A stretch of DNA of 64,000 nucleotides from Hormiphora californensis (Eukaryota; Animalia; Ctenophora), in assembly GCA_020137815.1 (NCBI GenBank), contig CM035358.1, positions 992,001 through 1,056,000 of the forward strand, in the 5' to 3' direction. Below the pieces are notes generated by a model, which was not told the DNA's origin, ran no database searches, and worked only from the letters and a program-made list of their open reading frames with translations. The translations under genes and the position numbers were made by a program. Below, one piece after another: positions 30,069-43,339 of the stretch (positions are counted from its first letter, which is position 1; each line of letters begins with the position of its first letter).

Positions 30069-31977
30069 TTGATTACCCAGAGCATTGGCTTGACCATATA
30101 TATATATATATTCTCATTTCGGAGGGCACGAGAACAGCAGTCAGAGTGCAGTAGCCTGGCAGTTTACCTTTTGCTCGGCAGGCTGGCTACCAGTGCACCC
30201 CATAGGAAAGTTTATCACTTGTTGGGATTCTGTATCCGCCAATCTAGTAAGCTCTATGCCATTTCATAGACCTCTGTCTGCGGGAAACAAAATTAAATCG
30301 ATGTGCGGTACCTGTATTATTTGATCAAATAATACAGGTACCTCAATTGAGGTATACAAATACCCTTTAATTTCGAAGGTTAACAGTCAAAGACATTAAG
30401 CTATTCAAATGCAATCTTTATAGCTTGCATGTTTCATAATCAAGTGTGCTACTCACGAAACGTCGAGAAAACAAGAGGAAGGAATTGTACTGCATTGAGA
30501 GAATGAGTAACAAACAATATTCATACAGAGAGAGGAAAAGAGTGAGGGAGAGAGAAAGAGAGTGTGTGTGTGTGAGGGAGAAAGAAAGAGCTCAGAGACC
30601 CGGAAAAGTGAGGAGTTCACATTACAATTTGAAACATCTGGAGTTCTATACTGCTGACGAATAAAACAGGAATTGTATCCCGTTAGAGAAAGCAAGAAGA
30701 TAGTGGAATAGACATGCAGGCTGTCATCACATGCTCACCAGTTACACAGAGATAGAGAGAGATAGTAGAGAGAGAGATAGTGTTAGAGAGAGAATATGTA
30801 GAGAGAAAGCCTGAAAGCACACAGATCAGAAACAGAAATAAAGAGAGTTTAGAGATAGAGACAGAAAGAAAGCACAGAGATAGGGACAGAAAGAAAGCAC
30901 AGAGATAGAGACAGAAAGAAAGCACAGAGATAGATACAGAGAGAAAGCACAGAGATAGAGACAGAAAGAGATAGTTTAGAGATAGTATCACAGAAACTGT
31001 AGCACTTCGGTAACTGTTATATATGCAGTGTATATTCTACGTCAACTGGCAGTGTATGATATTCAATGTGTATCAGGTGTCCGATGAACAATCCTGATAA
31101 AAAACCTCCCAACAGAGTATATCCCTTAGACCGCTAACTTCTATTCAAGTTGCCTGCGAACAACAAAACTTATTAAAACATATCATTCCCCGTGGTGTTA
31201 TTCGGTCCTTGTTATACAATATGGTCTGTAACCTCATCTCACCACAATATATGTAGCCCAAATATATCCTGATTTTATTTGACCACAGCTATCAGATTTA
31301 TATGTATCCTGATCGCGAGACAAGATGATTCAATCTTGGGGAACTAAAAAGAAGCTGTGAAGATCTTGTCAGGGTTGCTACTTACATGGTGTATTTCTCA
31401 TTAAACAGGATGATGATCATTGATAAGTATGGGTTCTCGAGAATTCTCTGATGTTGGGAGATGTTAGGAAGATGTTCTCTGTGTAACATGATTGGTCTCC
31501 TGCTTCTCATAACATGGTTCTAGTAATATTTACAGGCCTGTGGGCCGAACAAGGTTCTTCACTCTATGCGACATGTCTCGGTTCGCCGCTTGACATAACA
31601 TGTCTCTCTCGTACACTGGATCAGATGATATCCAAGGAAGATGAGATATATACAGGGATCTGTCGAATATATATATCTTATCCGTGATCTTATTCCTGTC
31701 ATTCATTGATCCATATTCGTGTGTGTATGAAACGCAGGTTGTTGTTGTTGTACTTGTTGGGATGCTACAGTAGTAGATTGTCACAATACGATACTTGTTA
31801 CTGCATTAACCGAATCGTTGGTCTGATTGAATTTGAATATTTCGAGATATATTGTAAACCTGCAATATATTTCCGTGTTTCAAAACTTTTATTAACTGAT
31901 GACGTATACGGAATGTGCATGATCCAACGGTATAAACGTGTTCAGTGAGAAAGTAGTGGGAGAGAGAGAGATAGAGA

Positions 31978-32019
<42 letters not shown>

Positions 32020-33028
32020 GATAGAGAGATAGTGAGAGAGAGAAAGTGAGAGAGAGGGAGTGAGAAAGATAGTGAGAGAAAGAGAGTGTGAACATGATCG
32101 ACAGGGAGACCAATTCAATTAACTACAAGCACCTTGCATGCCAATATCCGTATAACGTATAGTGCGGTTCCCAAGACCTTTTAACCTGTCTCAATATCCC
32201 TCGTGTTAGGCTCCTCCTCCTTCATAAAGATGATTATATACTCGAGAACACAATTAAAAAGATAGAAAGATAGCGAGTGATCGTCGAGTTAACTGAGTTT
32301 TGATCAGCTTGCTGTGTGTATGCGGTTTTTGTTAAAATCCACGATCCGGGGCTAGTAATAACGTGAGAAGAGATACAAAGCGAGATAGAGAATAGAGATA
32401 CAAAGCGAGATAGAGAATAGAGAGAGAGGGAGATATTGTTGGTCAGTGAGCTAGCTGGTAATCGTCTTTTTAAACCAGGTTTTTTGTTCTAGCACTTCTA
32501 TTTCTATTGCATAGATGGGTTTTAAATGTATCACTTGCCAATATACGATATTACCAATTTCTCCTGCTCAATTCTACCATTGATCGAGACCTGTCGATAG
32601 ATATAGATATCTGCTGCCTCTGTTTTAAACTTGTCCCACCTTGATTTAAACTTGCCTGATCGTTCCACCAAGATCCTGGTACTGGAATACTGTGTAAGTG
32701 ATTGAGCAACCGGTCCAATATTGTAGTGATTTTGTGTGCATGTGATAGATGCTTTATCGGTAAATTTCAAAGGGGTATATCGGAAGCATGTGGTGTTGTA
32801 ATAGACATGCTTGATGTTAGATCGTAATAATTTTTACCATCTATCACACTCATACAAACTTGGGGAGAAGTAAAGTACACAATATCTCATAAAATTTAGG
32901 ACCCTTCTAATAAGACCCTTATCCACATGTATGCACAGTTCAACAAAACAAGATAAAGAAAACGTGGAACAATTCTTGAACCCAGAACTCGTATGTAACT
33001 ATATTGATTTTACACCTCACAGCACCTG

Positions 33029-34853
33029 TCAAGGGCTCCTAGAGTGATGATAGTGACAGATAGGACACTCTCCGTGTACCAGACCATTGCTAAAGGATAC
33101 CGTCTTCTTCTGTTGATCAGGGCTAGAGTGTAGTATCCTCGAGTTGAAACTCAGCTGGTCTTCCAGAAGCTCTGAAAAGTGTCAAGTATTATACTTGACA
33201 GTATAATAGTGACATAAGAATTGGACTAGGAGTTCTGAAACACAAGCACGTCATTTTGGAATTGAGAAGAAGATGCCGCTAACTTAGCTGAAGATGCCAC
33301 TGAGTGAGATAATACAGTGGAAAAGTGATGAAAATGCCACTTGAGTAAGATGATCTTCAACCTTACTTCATTCGCATGCAGTTCATTTAGCGCAGCTCTG
33401 ATCACAAAGACAGGACACTCTCAAATGAGTCATTGTCTAGTGCATTACCATTCTCCGCTTGGCTGAGTTGAAGGCGTTCCAACAGACCACTCTTCTCACC
33501 ATCCCATCTTCGCTTCTCCGCCTCTACCCGGATCTCTCTCCGTGCTGCCGTACTTTCTTCCCGGAGTTCATCTAGAATGGATTTCACTTCATCACCGGTA
33601 TATTTCATAGCATTGTATTCTCTTGTATATTTCATGGGGCTGTTATATCCAGAGGGCGGTATAATGGGGTATTCAGAGGTGAAATGCGCTACAGCCCTGC
33701 AGGTTTTATAGCATTATCATTTTGGCCGGTATGGGGAGAGGGAAGTATAGGGCGGGAGGTATATAAATATAGTCTGTTGAGTACTGGTCGGCAACAAATT
33801 ACTGACACTTTACACTTCACCATCTACTGCACTACTAGACTACAGCTGCTACACATGAGCACATGTGTGTATGTGTTTACTAGTCCATAACATTTAATGG
33901 CAATATATTTGCATATCCGGTTGATTGATGAGTATAGCGCATTATATTATACAGTTATCAGTTTTTGTTAATTAGAATTTATTGAGGGGATCGTTTCAAA
34001 TCTGGCCTAATATTATACAGGTACGGCTAGATGTATAGCGTGTATCTAAAAACATAAGTTCTAACTGTACGGTGATGTTTTGGTAGATGCCTATAATTAG
34101 TCAGGTGTCAGACATACTATCAGTATTGCTTCAATGCCATACCACGATCAGGAATGTATATGACCTAGTGTGGTTGCATTATATGATGTCTCTCCAATGA
34201 TCATACTCAGTAACATTATTATATTGTGTACCTGCCTGTGTCCTTAGCTCCTCAATCATGCCCCTCAGTTTGATTGTTTCCTCCCTTTCATCCTCCACAA
34301 GACCTTCACTCCGCAAACAATCAAGGGTTAGATTCCGAACTTGGCCCTAAAATGTATGTTACAGTGTTACTATTCACATGAAATATTAGACACAAGGGTT
34401 GGATACGAAATAATTTTTGTCTCACAAACCTTCAAGTCGAAGTCTGATGATCTCTTGCTCTGTTAGTTTATTTTGAAGTTCAGCCACTTTCCGTTCCAAA
34501 ATATCCTTATCAGTCAAACCGGTTGGTTGGACATTTCCATTCACCGCCGTAGATCTACCAGCGTGTCGGCTCTTCTCTCCCCTAGAATCATCATGATTGG
34601 TTGACGATAACTTCTGTTTTATGTCATCAATGACAATGGAGGGATCCGTTAGCTCGCTGGTGTCCGATTTGTCGATTGATTTGGGTTTCGCCAATCGAAA
34701 TTCAGCTTTTTTCAGTTCATTAACGATGCTTTTTCGGGCGTTGTCCGAGGCTTGAGTCCTGAAACGAGACAACCGAGATACATTATATGATTTTCTGCCA
34801 TTTGTTGCTTCTTACCATAACTCTCGGGTCAGTAGAAACTTATTCCGGTTCAT
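33029..34853 (-). CDS. Coiled-coil protein of unknown function
   Basis: Frame-consistent model 34853-34816, 34758-34426, 33696-33449, 33171-33029 with heptad-rich segments (LERKVAELQNKLTEQE; ILDELREE; LLERLQLSQAENELLEDQL). A further coding-like block at 34232-34346 does not fit the phases, so the structure is uncertain. Confidence 0.55.
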
Positions 34854-35673
34854 GAATTGGTGATGAGATTCCGATATTGTGTGTGAGGTATATCAGGGAA
34901 GATATCAGGGAAAATAAAGAAACTCCATCTCGGTGGAACAGATAATACACACACTAAAGTTCTAACTCACACTACAGCTATATGATTCAAACAGAGCACA
35001 ACTATAACAATTCAGGAGGGCTACCTGATCCCGGCGGCGGGGGACTATATAATGTATTATGCACACTATATAGGGTTGCGGGTTATTATCAGCTGTCCAG
35101 CTCGAGGTAATCTTGTTAAATCATTGGCCTGATCATAACCCCCCTTCATCTCACAGTGCACATCAGAGCTGAAGCTTCTGATCCCTTAGAGCAATTGTGT
35201 GCCATATTTAGGGACGTTTGCGAACAGGGTAATCCAATTGATGCTCCCCTCAAGTAGAAAATCTTTCCTGCTCCTTTATTAAATATAAAAGGCTGTCCTG
35301 CTCCTTTATTAAATATAAAAGGCTGTCCTGCTCCTTCATAAATTTAGATCTAGGTGATTTAAATTTTATAGACTCTCGCTTTAGACATTTACTTTAGACC
35401 CCCTCACTATACGTAGTGGGACATGTATTGCCTCATAACAGGCGAGCAGCCACATGTGGCGTACATAATAATATATGCCCTACTAAAGCTCACGAATGGA
35501 CAGTTTTTGAAGATGAACTATCCCTCATAGAACTCGTAGTAATAAAACACTCTTTTTTAGAAGAGATCAACGAAATATTAATTAAACTCTACAAAAAAAG
35601 AAAAATTCATTTGCCCTCTTAACAGTCAACAGACGATAATTTTAAAAACTAAGATCTATAAAGATCATTACAG

Positions 35674-37717
35674 TCACCGTTTCAATGCAACAAATACGAG
35701 TGCTGCAGTAGTTACAATACCTGTCAAAATAGCACTCACCACCACTCGAATCGTAATGTCTGACTCCAGTACATAAGAAGACAACACTGCTCCGACCATG
35801 TACCCAACTGCATCCACGGCGTTAAACACCATCGTAGCATGTTCCCCAACCTTGTGATCGGTCCCTTTCTGCCATCTCTCATACAGAGTGAACTTGGAGG
35901 CGATCAGGGAGTTGTTCAGGACAACCTCACCTATACCTCCTAGTAGGGTTCCCAGGGGCAACAGGATGCTGGTTACAGACTCTGTTGTAGAGAGGTACAT
36001 GACAATACACCCTATGTAGAAGATAATATTACAGATGATCATGAGGAGGAATGTGTTGAAGACCGTTACCAGGGTAACGAGAGTTCCAACTGCCATGGCA
36101 ATCACTGTTGCTATGTTCATCAAGTATTCAGTGGTGTCCAGGGAGACGTCATCGTAAAGAAGCTCCCTGTATGGTGCTGCATACAGCAGGCACGCAAAGA
36201 ACACGTTAATCATAAAGAAAGCAAAGTCGGGGCCATAGTAGGCGGCGTTTTGACCCAAACTCAGCTCCTTTCTTCTAAGCGACATGAAACAACATTCCTC
36301 CACAGTTGCCTCTTCCTTCGTATTATTCGATCTAATATCCAGACAGGCCAGAAACACACAGGGTAGGAGGTTAATAAATGCCATGCCCAGGGCGGTTAGA
36401 ACCCATCCCCCACGAAGATACAGCTCCACACCCAGCAGTGCCCCTATAACGTTCCCTAAGTAGATCCCGCTACTGATAATCAATACCGGGGCCCGGGAGG
36501 TCCTGAAGTATAGATCAACTATCTCACCCTGTGGGATAGATGTTCATGATGTTGTTAGAAGACTCGCGGACAGTATGAACAGTATACAGTCGGACCCCGA
36601 TTTAGTGGCATCCTCAGGGAAAAAAATCCTGCCATTAAATCGGGGTCCGACTGTAATATGAACTTTGGTCCCTATTATTATAAACATGACTAAGATCTAC
36701 AATTCCCACCTGTACAATGACAAAGAATATCCCCATTACGATACCCAGTAGGGCCCGGGATATACTGATGAGAAAGAGAACTGCCGTCTTGTTCTCGATG
36801 AAATCAAGGACTGCCAAACTGGCTGAACAAAGCGCTCCTATAGGAAGGGCGGTGTTAGACATATTTTTATTTACTCTGTCTCCATGACAATTATTACTGT
36901 CTATGACAAAATACAGTAACTCGAGTTATATATGACGACGAACATATCCAAATACGTTATGAAAAAGTGAATGTACACCTGTAAATGAAAGAATGAATGT
37001 ACCTGTAAAACAGAGTAGACAGGCCCGGTAAGTGATTGGTATCCGGTTGAAGGCTGGAAATTTGTTGGTCAATATTGGTCCTACTATTGTGAAGAGTTGA
37101 GACATTGCCACCGCTATCGTTCCTGAATTCATTAACTTTGTAAGGAATCGAAATCAAGTTCGCTAGGTATCTATATCTAGGAAGCAGGAACCGACCGAAA
37201 CAAGTAAACAACCAATCAGAACTCGTTATTTAGGTCACGTGACTGGTTATCAGCCAATCAGGGACCAGTATTTCCTGATTCGGTCGGTTACTGATATCTA
37301 GGAAGCAGGAACTACAATATGTATATGTTCTTACTTCCTAGTGAATATATATATTCAAATCATGAACAGCTGGAGTAGTTTTTCAAATGTGCTATTATCG
37401 AAGTCATTATATCTTGTCAACTTCAACTTACCTATTGATTCGTTGATGCCCTTGTCGGTTAGATACTGCAACAAGAACCCAGAAGGGTAACCGTACACTG
37501 TCATAAAAACCGTGTTACCAGTAAACGCAAACGCTATCAAAAGCACCTTCCGGAGTAGTGTCGGTGATGTTAGATCAGTCTTATTTTTAAGTGGTGTCCT
37601 CTCTGAATCCTCTGACCAGTGAGATTCATTTTCTGGTTTTCCCTGATCATCCAGGTGGTAAGTGTCATCCTGATCCTGTTTATCAGCTGCATCCTCCTCT
37701 GTGTTATCAGTTACCAT
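35674..37717 (-). CDS. Multi-pass membrane protein, MFS-transporter-like
   Basis: Acidic N-tail followed by roughly 12 hydrophobic helices over exons ~37717-37432, ~37166-36980, ~36862-36710 and 36528-35674. SISRALLG motif. The frame at the exon 1/2 join is unresolved. Confidence 0.7.
36587..36653. mobile_element. 67-bp deletion derivative of the Tc1/mariner-type MITE
   Basis: Same TIR and TA flanks as 28694-28849. Intronic. Confidence 0.85.
37185..37293 (+). mobile_element. 109-bp hAT-type MITE, copy 4
   Basis: Same family sequence. The flank duplication is atypical (atatctaggaagcaggaac repeated). Confidence 0.9.
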
Positions 37718-37942
37718 GGTTACCACAATTCAACATACACAACAGCTTCTATTGAGCCTACTCAACTTGTCCACTAGGATATAGACAGCATCAACAACAT
37801 AGAATAAAGTCCTGTGTGGTGTACGACTTATGTGTAAAAAACATCATGCTCCAGGACAATAGATCTGTGGTCTCTCAACTACAAGACTGCTTTAATAATA
37901 AAATAATAATATATGCAGTATGGAAAATTTAGTCGTTTGGGA

Positions 37943-38834
37943 TTATCACTGCGCTGGCAAGCGCAAAGGTTGCCAGCAAAGCGCCGCCAGAAACGCAGTT
38001 ATATATATATTATACGTTTTATGGGTGTTTTGACTGAAAACCCAGATTTCAGAAGGCTATAGCATGGCTCCCATTCATCCGTTTGACTTGAAATTTGGAA
38101 TGTATACCCGGCTCGGGGTCATTAACTTAAGTTCAAAATTTCAAGTCTCTATCTCATCTGGAACTGAAGTTACAGACAGGTCCCATTTGCCCTAGATTCA
38201 GTGTAACACATATGCGCGCGCGCGCACGCGCGCGCGTAGGAGAGACGCTTTTTATAAACCATATTCACGCCAAACGAAAAGAGATAGAAACTTCTCGTTT
38301 TCACAGCTGGTAGATCTACTGAATGTGTGTGCATTAGTCGATGTGAGGTCCCTTTTCATCGCCAGGAACGTCCTACAGAACGTCTTAAAGTCGTCATTTT
38401 TCAGACTCTGACTAAAATTCTTTGAGCTCATTTTACACCCTGAAGACGGATTCTAATCGAAAATCGAAGGCTATATCATGGAAAGAGAATTGTCTAAACT
38501 TTCAGAAACTATATCGCGAATTTTCAAAACTAGACGTATAAGGGTCTTAAAACGCGTCTAAAGTGTTATGACTGTTTAAAAATAGATATGACGATATGGG
38601 TTTTTTCGCCATAGCAGACTCAAATCTCATCCAATCGATCTCAAACTTGGTCAGTATCTTCATCTAGGTAATCCAGATGATATGACGTCATCGTTATGAC
38701 GTCATAACGACGTGACGTCATTTTATGACGTCAAAATGACGTCAAAAATGAAAATTTTGCAAATTCGCGATTCCATCCTCTCCTTACCTGTTCTATTACA
38801 TCTAAATGGATAAAAAATCCCAAAAATGATGCAA
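37943..38834. mobile_element. Probable non-autonomous DNA element of uncertain class
   Basis: Starts with a short inverted repeat (actgcg..cgcagt). It has (AT)n and (GC)n tracts, a tgacgtca cluster and no ORF. Boundaries are approximate and no TSD was found. Confidence 0.35.
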
Positions 38835-39040
38835 ATTATACCAAAACTAATTGAAATTAGTAGGCCGGAAAGGTTGCCCTATGATTTGAGCTACCTTTGG
38901 CACCAGTACATTCCCTTTTGAAGATAGAAGAAGCATAGGTTATACCCTGACTGTACCCCGTGAATGTTGCGGTGGCAAAGGTAGCTCAAATCATAGGGCA
39001 ACCTTTCCGGCCTACTAATTTCAATTAGTTTTGGTATAAT
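38835..39040. repeat. Inverted repeat with 70-bp arms and a 66-nt spacer
   Basis: 38835-38904 and 38971-39040 are reverse complements with one mismatch. Confidence 0.92.
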
Positions 39041-39207
39041 CATCTTATACGTATAGTCCCATTCAACCTATAGCCCCTATCTAGTCCCTAGTTACACCCC
39101 TAGTTACACCCCTAGTCCCCTAGTTACACCCCTAGTCCCCTAGTTACACCCCTAGTTACCTGCAGTAGAGTCTCCTATTTACACCCCCTTTCCCTTTGCA
39201 GGGTGGT

Positions 39208-39274
39208 ATGAAGAAGTTGGTAACGGATGTAAAGGATCTAGCTATACTGATGAACTACCGAAACTTTAAAGAGG
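39208..39274 (+). CDS. Isolated candidate first coding exon (MKKLVTDVKDLAILMNYRNFKE)
   Basis: Strong acceptor ccctttgcag just upstream of the ATG and a phase-1 donor G|GTAAGT. Confidence 0.4.
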
Positions 39275-39972
39275 GTAAGTTAACATATGACGTCATAGTG
39301 TGATGACGTCATTCCGTATTGAAATACAGGTGGGACAGTTCATAGATTGAGTGGGACAGTTCATTGGTTGGGTGAATGGGGAAAGTGGAATATGCCCCCC
39401 CCCCCCACCCCAAAGATATGAATTAGCAAACAGAAAACTCCCCTTAGCTCTTAATACTTGAAAAAGGGCCACATTGACCATCTAGAATGCTTGAAATCGC
39501 AATACTTGCCCCCGCAACATGGAGGAAGTGAAATAAGCCCCCCCCCCCCCCCCCCAAAGATATGAATTATCAAACAGAGAACTACCCTTCACTAGAAAAG
39601 TCTTAAACAATTACTGGGGAAGACAAAAGGGTCACATAGACGAACTAGAATCGAAATCACAATACTGGGCCCCGCATTATACTGAAGTGAACTACAATAA
39701 TGGTCGGGTAATAGCCGGGTTTATTGTCAAGGTTTGTGAACTGAGGCAGTTGTGTGTGCATGTGTGTGTCAAGATTCAAGATTAAAGTAAAAAGAATTAG
39801 CAATGCTATGTAAACAGCGTATAGATATAGTGATCTGTATTGAGGTCCCTGGTCGAAGAGGGGTTGGTGAGGATATAAGTTAATGGACTATGGGTTTTAT
39901 TGTCCGCCCCGGTAAGGATCAGGGTTGGAAAATAACAAGAGTTTTAATGGTGGTGAGAATGGTGGTGAGACT

Positions 39973-40476
39973 GGACTAGGAAGATCAATGGTGAATGGAT
40001 CAGGAAGATCAATGGTGAATGGACCAGGAAGATCAATGGTGAATGGACCAGGAAGATCAATGGTGACTGGACCAGGAAGATCAATGGTGACTGGACCAGG
40101 AAGATCAATGGTGAATGGACCAGGAAGATCAATGGTGAATGGACCAGGAAGATCAATGGTGACCGGACCAGGAAGATCAATGGTGACTGGACCAGGAAGA
40201 TCAATGGTGACTGGACCAGGAAGATCAATGGTGACTGGACCAGGAAGATCAATGGTGAATGGACCAGGAAGATCAATGGTGAATGGACTAGGAAGATCAA
40301 TGGTGAATGGACCAGGAAGATCAATGGTGACTGGACCAGGAAGATCAATGGTGAATGGACCAGGAAGATCAATGGTGAATGGACCAGGAAGATCAATGGT
40401 GACTGGACCAGGAAGATCAATGGTGACTGGACCAGGAAGATCAATGGTGACTGGACCAGGAAGATCAATGGTGAAT
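39973..40476. repeat. 24-bp minisatellite, 21 copies
   Basis: Unit ggaccaggaagatcaatggtga(a/c)t. Confidence 0.95.
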
Positions 40477-40511
40477 GGATCAGGGGGATTTGAAAACAGG
40501 TATATGTATGT

Positions 40512-40620
40512 CAGGAACCGACCAAATTAAGTAAACAACCAATCAGAACTCGTTATTAAGGTCACGTGACTGGTTATCAGCCAATCAGGGACCAGTATTT
40601 CCTGATTCGGTCGGTTCCTG
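40512..40620 (+). mobile_element. 109-bp hAT-type MITE, copy 5
   Basis: TSD atgtatgt / atatatgt (one mismatch). Confidence 0.9.
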
Positions 40621-41479
40621 ATATATGTGAATTATCGGGAGTATCGATATGATACTAGGCGTGTTGTTCGAAGGAATAGAAGTTGATTATCTAGATGCAT
40701 GCAATTCACACGAGGATGCTAGTAATAAATTCAACGTGATCAGGGATCATTAGAATTAGTTTCGGGGTTGATACTTACAATATAATAGGATCTTCGGTGT
40801 TTCCACCAGTTTTCGGGGTAGCAATGTAAATGAGAATCTTTTCCACCGATCACTCTCGATCATTATACCTATGTTGTGTTACTCAGCAGGAAATAAACCC
40901 TACTTCTTCTTGCCTAAATTAATAGTCTACTGATGATTGGTGCCTCCTCGTGGGGCACCATGAAACATGTGTATAGACCTAAAAACTGCTGTCGTTTTTA
41001 ATTTGTATAGTTTAATTACATAGTTAATTAATTTTGATTTTATCGAAATTAAATTCTCTAAGTATCACTATTGTTGTTACTACGAGCTAACTGCTCTTCC
41101 TGCTTGTAATAGACGACATGTATCTGAACTTATCATAATTACTGATTATACGGGGCTGGTGATGAGCAATCTGCACCGATACAAGTCATGGTACATAATA
41201 TCTAACTATTAACTGGTGGAGTCGACAATATATAATCGTTATCAACCTCTATCGATCGTTCATATTATAGTGACATCTTTTGTTTCGACATGACAATGCG
41301 CTGCAATTGGTACTGAAATTACCCCTCTGCGCAATACAGCGTGTTAGGGGTGACTTCGTAATCAAATGCGCTGCTTATTTTAGAAACTGGCATGCTGATG
41401 GTATGACTAGAATTGACCTTTTGCAGTTTTGCTTGGGATCTCTCTCGCTCTGTCTCTCTCTCTCTCTCACACACACACA

Positions 41480-41547
<68 letters not shown>

Positions 41548-42490
41548 CTCCTCCTCCGATTGATTGCACTAGATTATGTAGGAAGGCCCTCTTGTCAAGT
41601 TTAATACACATTCCACCACATGTGCAGCAGCATGGCTCTGCAAAGTGCATTATGCTGTTATATTATTGGTCTAACGTTAGGGACTACTCTTTATGTTGCA
41701 GTGCTCCATGTCTTGTATGGATTATGGGATTTGTCTTTCTCCGTGCCCCGCGACGTGTTAGGGTTAGAACATAACAAGGATGTGCTAAATACTCAACTGC
41801 AGAATATATTCTATAGCTCAGCCCCATGATGTGCCTATTTTTGGCAGCTTCCACTGAGAGATTCACGTGCCATACATGACATACAACAAGGTGTAATTGT
41901 GCACATAAATCACACTTGTTGAGTAAGGAGTGAGAGAGGGTTGAGTGAATATAATAGCGCTATCCTTTTCTCAACAATGAATCAGCTGATTATGTGCACC
42001 AGTAATGGTAATAATTATGACACCTGAAGTCTAAAGATGGGTAATATTACTTAATTACTGTCGCTAATTCGTACACTTCTATTGAGAGATAGAAAGAAAA
42101 AAGATAGAGATGGCTGAGAATGAATATCATTTTTTGTTGTTGCTTGTTCCATTTCATTGTGATAGACTCAAGATTGTAGGTACAGTTGTATTTGCTTTTA
42201 GGGTAGAAAGGGACTATATAATAATTCTAGTGAGGTTTATAAAAATTAGTTTATAAGAACTTTATTCAATACGGCGACTGGTTAATTTGTTAGGTTACTG
42301 GTACATGTCACAAATTCCAAAAAAGATAGAGGAACGATAGGGGAAATATGTAATTAAGAAGAAATAGAGATAGACAGTTGAGGATCGTGATCGGACCACC
42401 ATGGTCTACTCTTGTAGCTTCTAAGAATGGTACTCCAAGCTGTGCTGTGCGTACTTGTTCCTCAAGGACGATGAGAGGAAATTAGAAGGA

Positions 42491-42559
<69 letters not shown>

Positions 42560-43339
42560 TATATATATATGTTGGATCATGTTAGATGGAACCAAGGTGT
42601 CCTCTGGATATGATGATTATGGAGCTACGTTAGTGGTTCACGGGTGATCCCTCACGATCTATATCACACCACATTACTCCACAGTATAGCAGAGCTTGGG
42701 AGGTTTTGCTTAGACCAAGCCACTATTAGATCATCTCCTCTTTTCATTCTTCAGTTCTTCACTCTTCTCTTCTAATACTGAGGAAGTTTCGCTAATTAGT
42801 ACAAAATCAATATAGGATCCCGATTCTGAGATTAGAGATATTTGAAAAAGATCAAACATTAGATTTTCTTCAGTGCTGCGTTTATTCATGGATTAGGATA
42901 GAAGGTAAAGGAATTATGCCCCTTATGAAATTATCGGCGTGATGTTATACCGTATGTAATATAGTAATGGCTCACTTACAGTTTATGCATGACGGAATGA
43001 TTATCTATCTTCTAATTCAAATCTTGTCATATAATGAGCTGTATAATTTCTAGTCGCCGTTTCCTATTGTATTGTTTCGTACTCATATCATGATCTGTAC
43101 AGTTGTGACGAGTTGTTAAGTAAGGGGTGGGGTATTCAACAAGCGACGAGATGAAGTATTGTAAAGTTCCAATATAAATCAACTTTTCAGAACACTTAAT
43201 TTTCTAGTGACTAAGTGATCATTACTTATATTCTCATGTCTTTTCGCTGTCGCTGTCGCATTACCGTAATGGAATTACAGTAATGAGACGTGCGGCAAAA
43301 AGTGCATTTGTCAGCACGTACTAGCGCACTGATTGGGAC

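Noticed and set aside
30648-30700. CTGACGA...GAAA as a hammerhead ribozyme
   Set aside because: Stem II is poor, and there is no stem III/NUH or stem I.
39240-39270. CTGATGA-actacc-GAAAC as a hammerhead ribozyme
   Set aside because: No stem II or stem I pairing, and it lies within a candidate exon.
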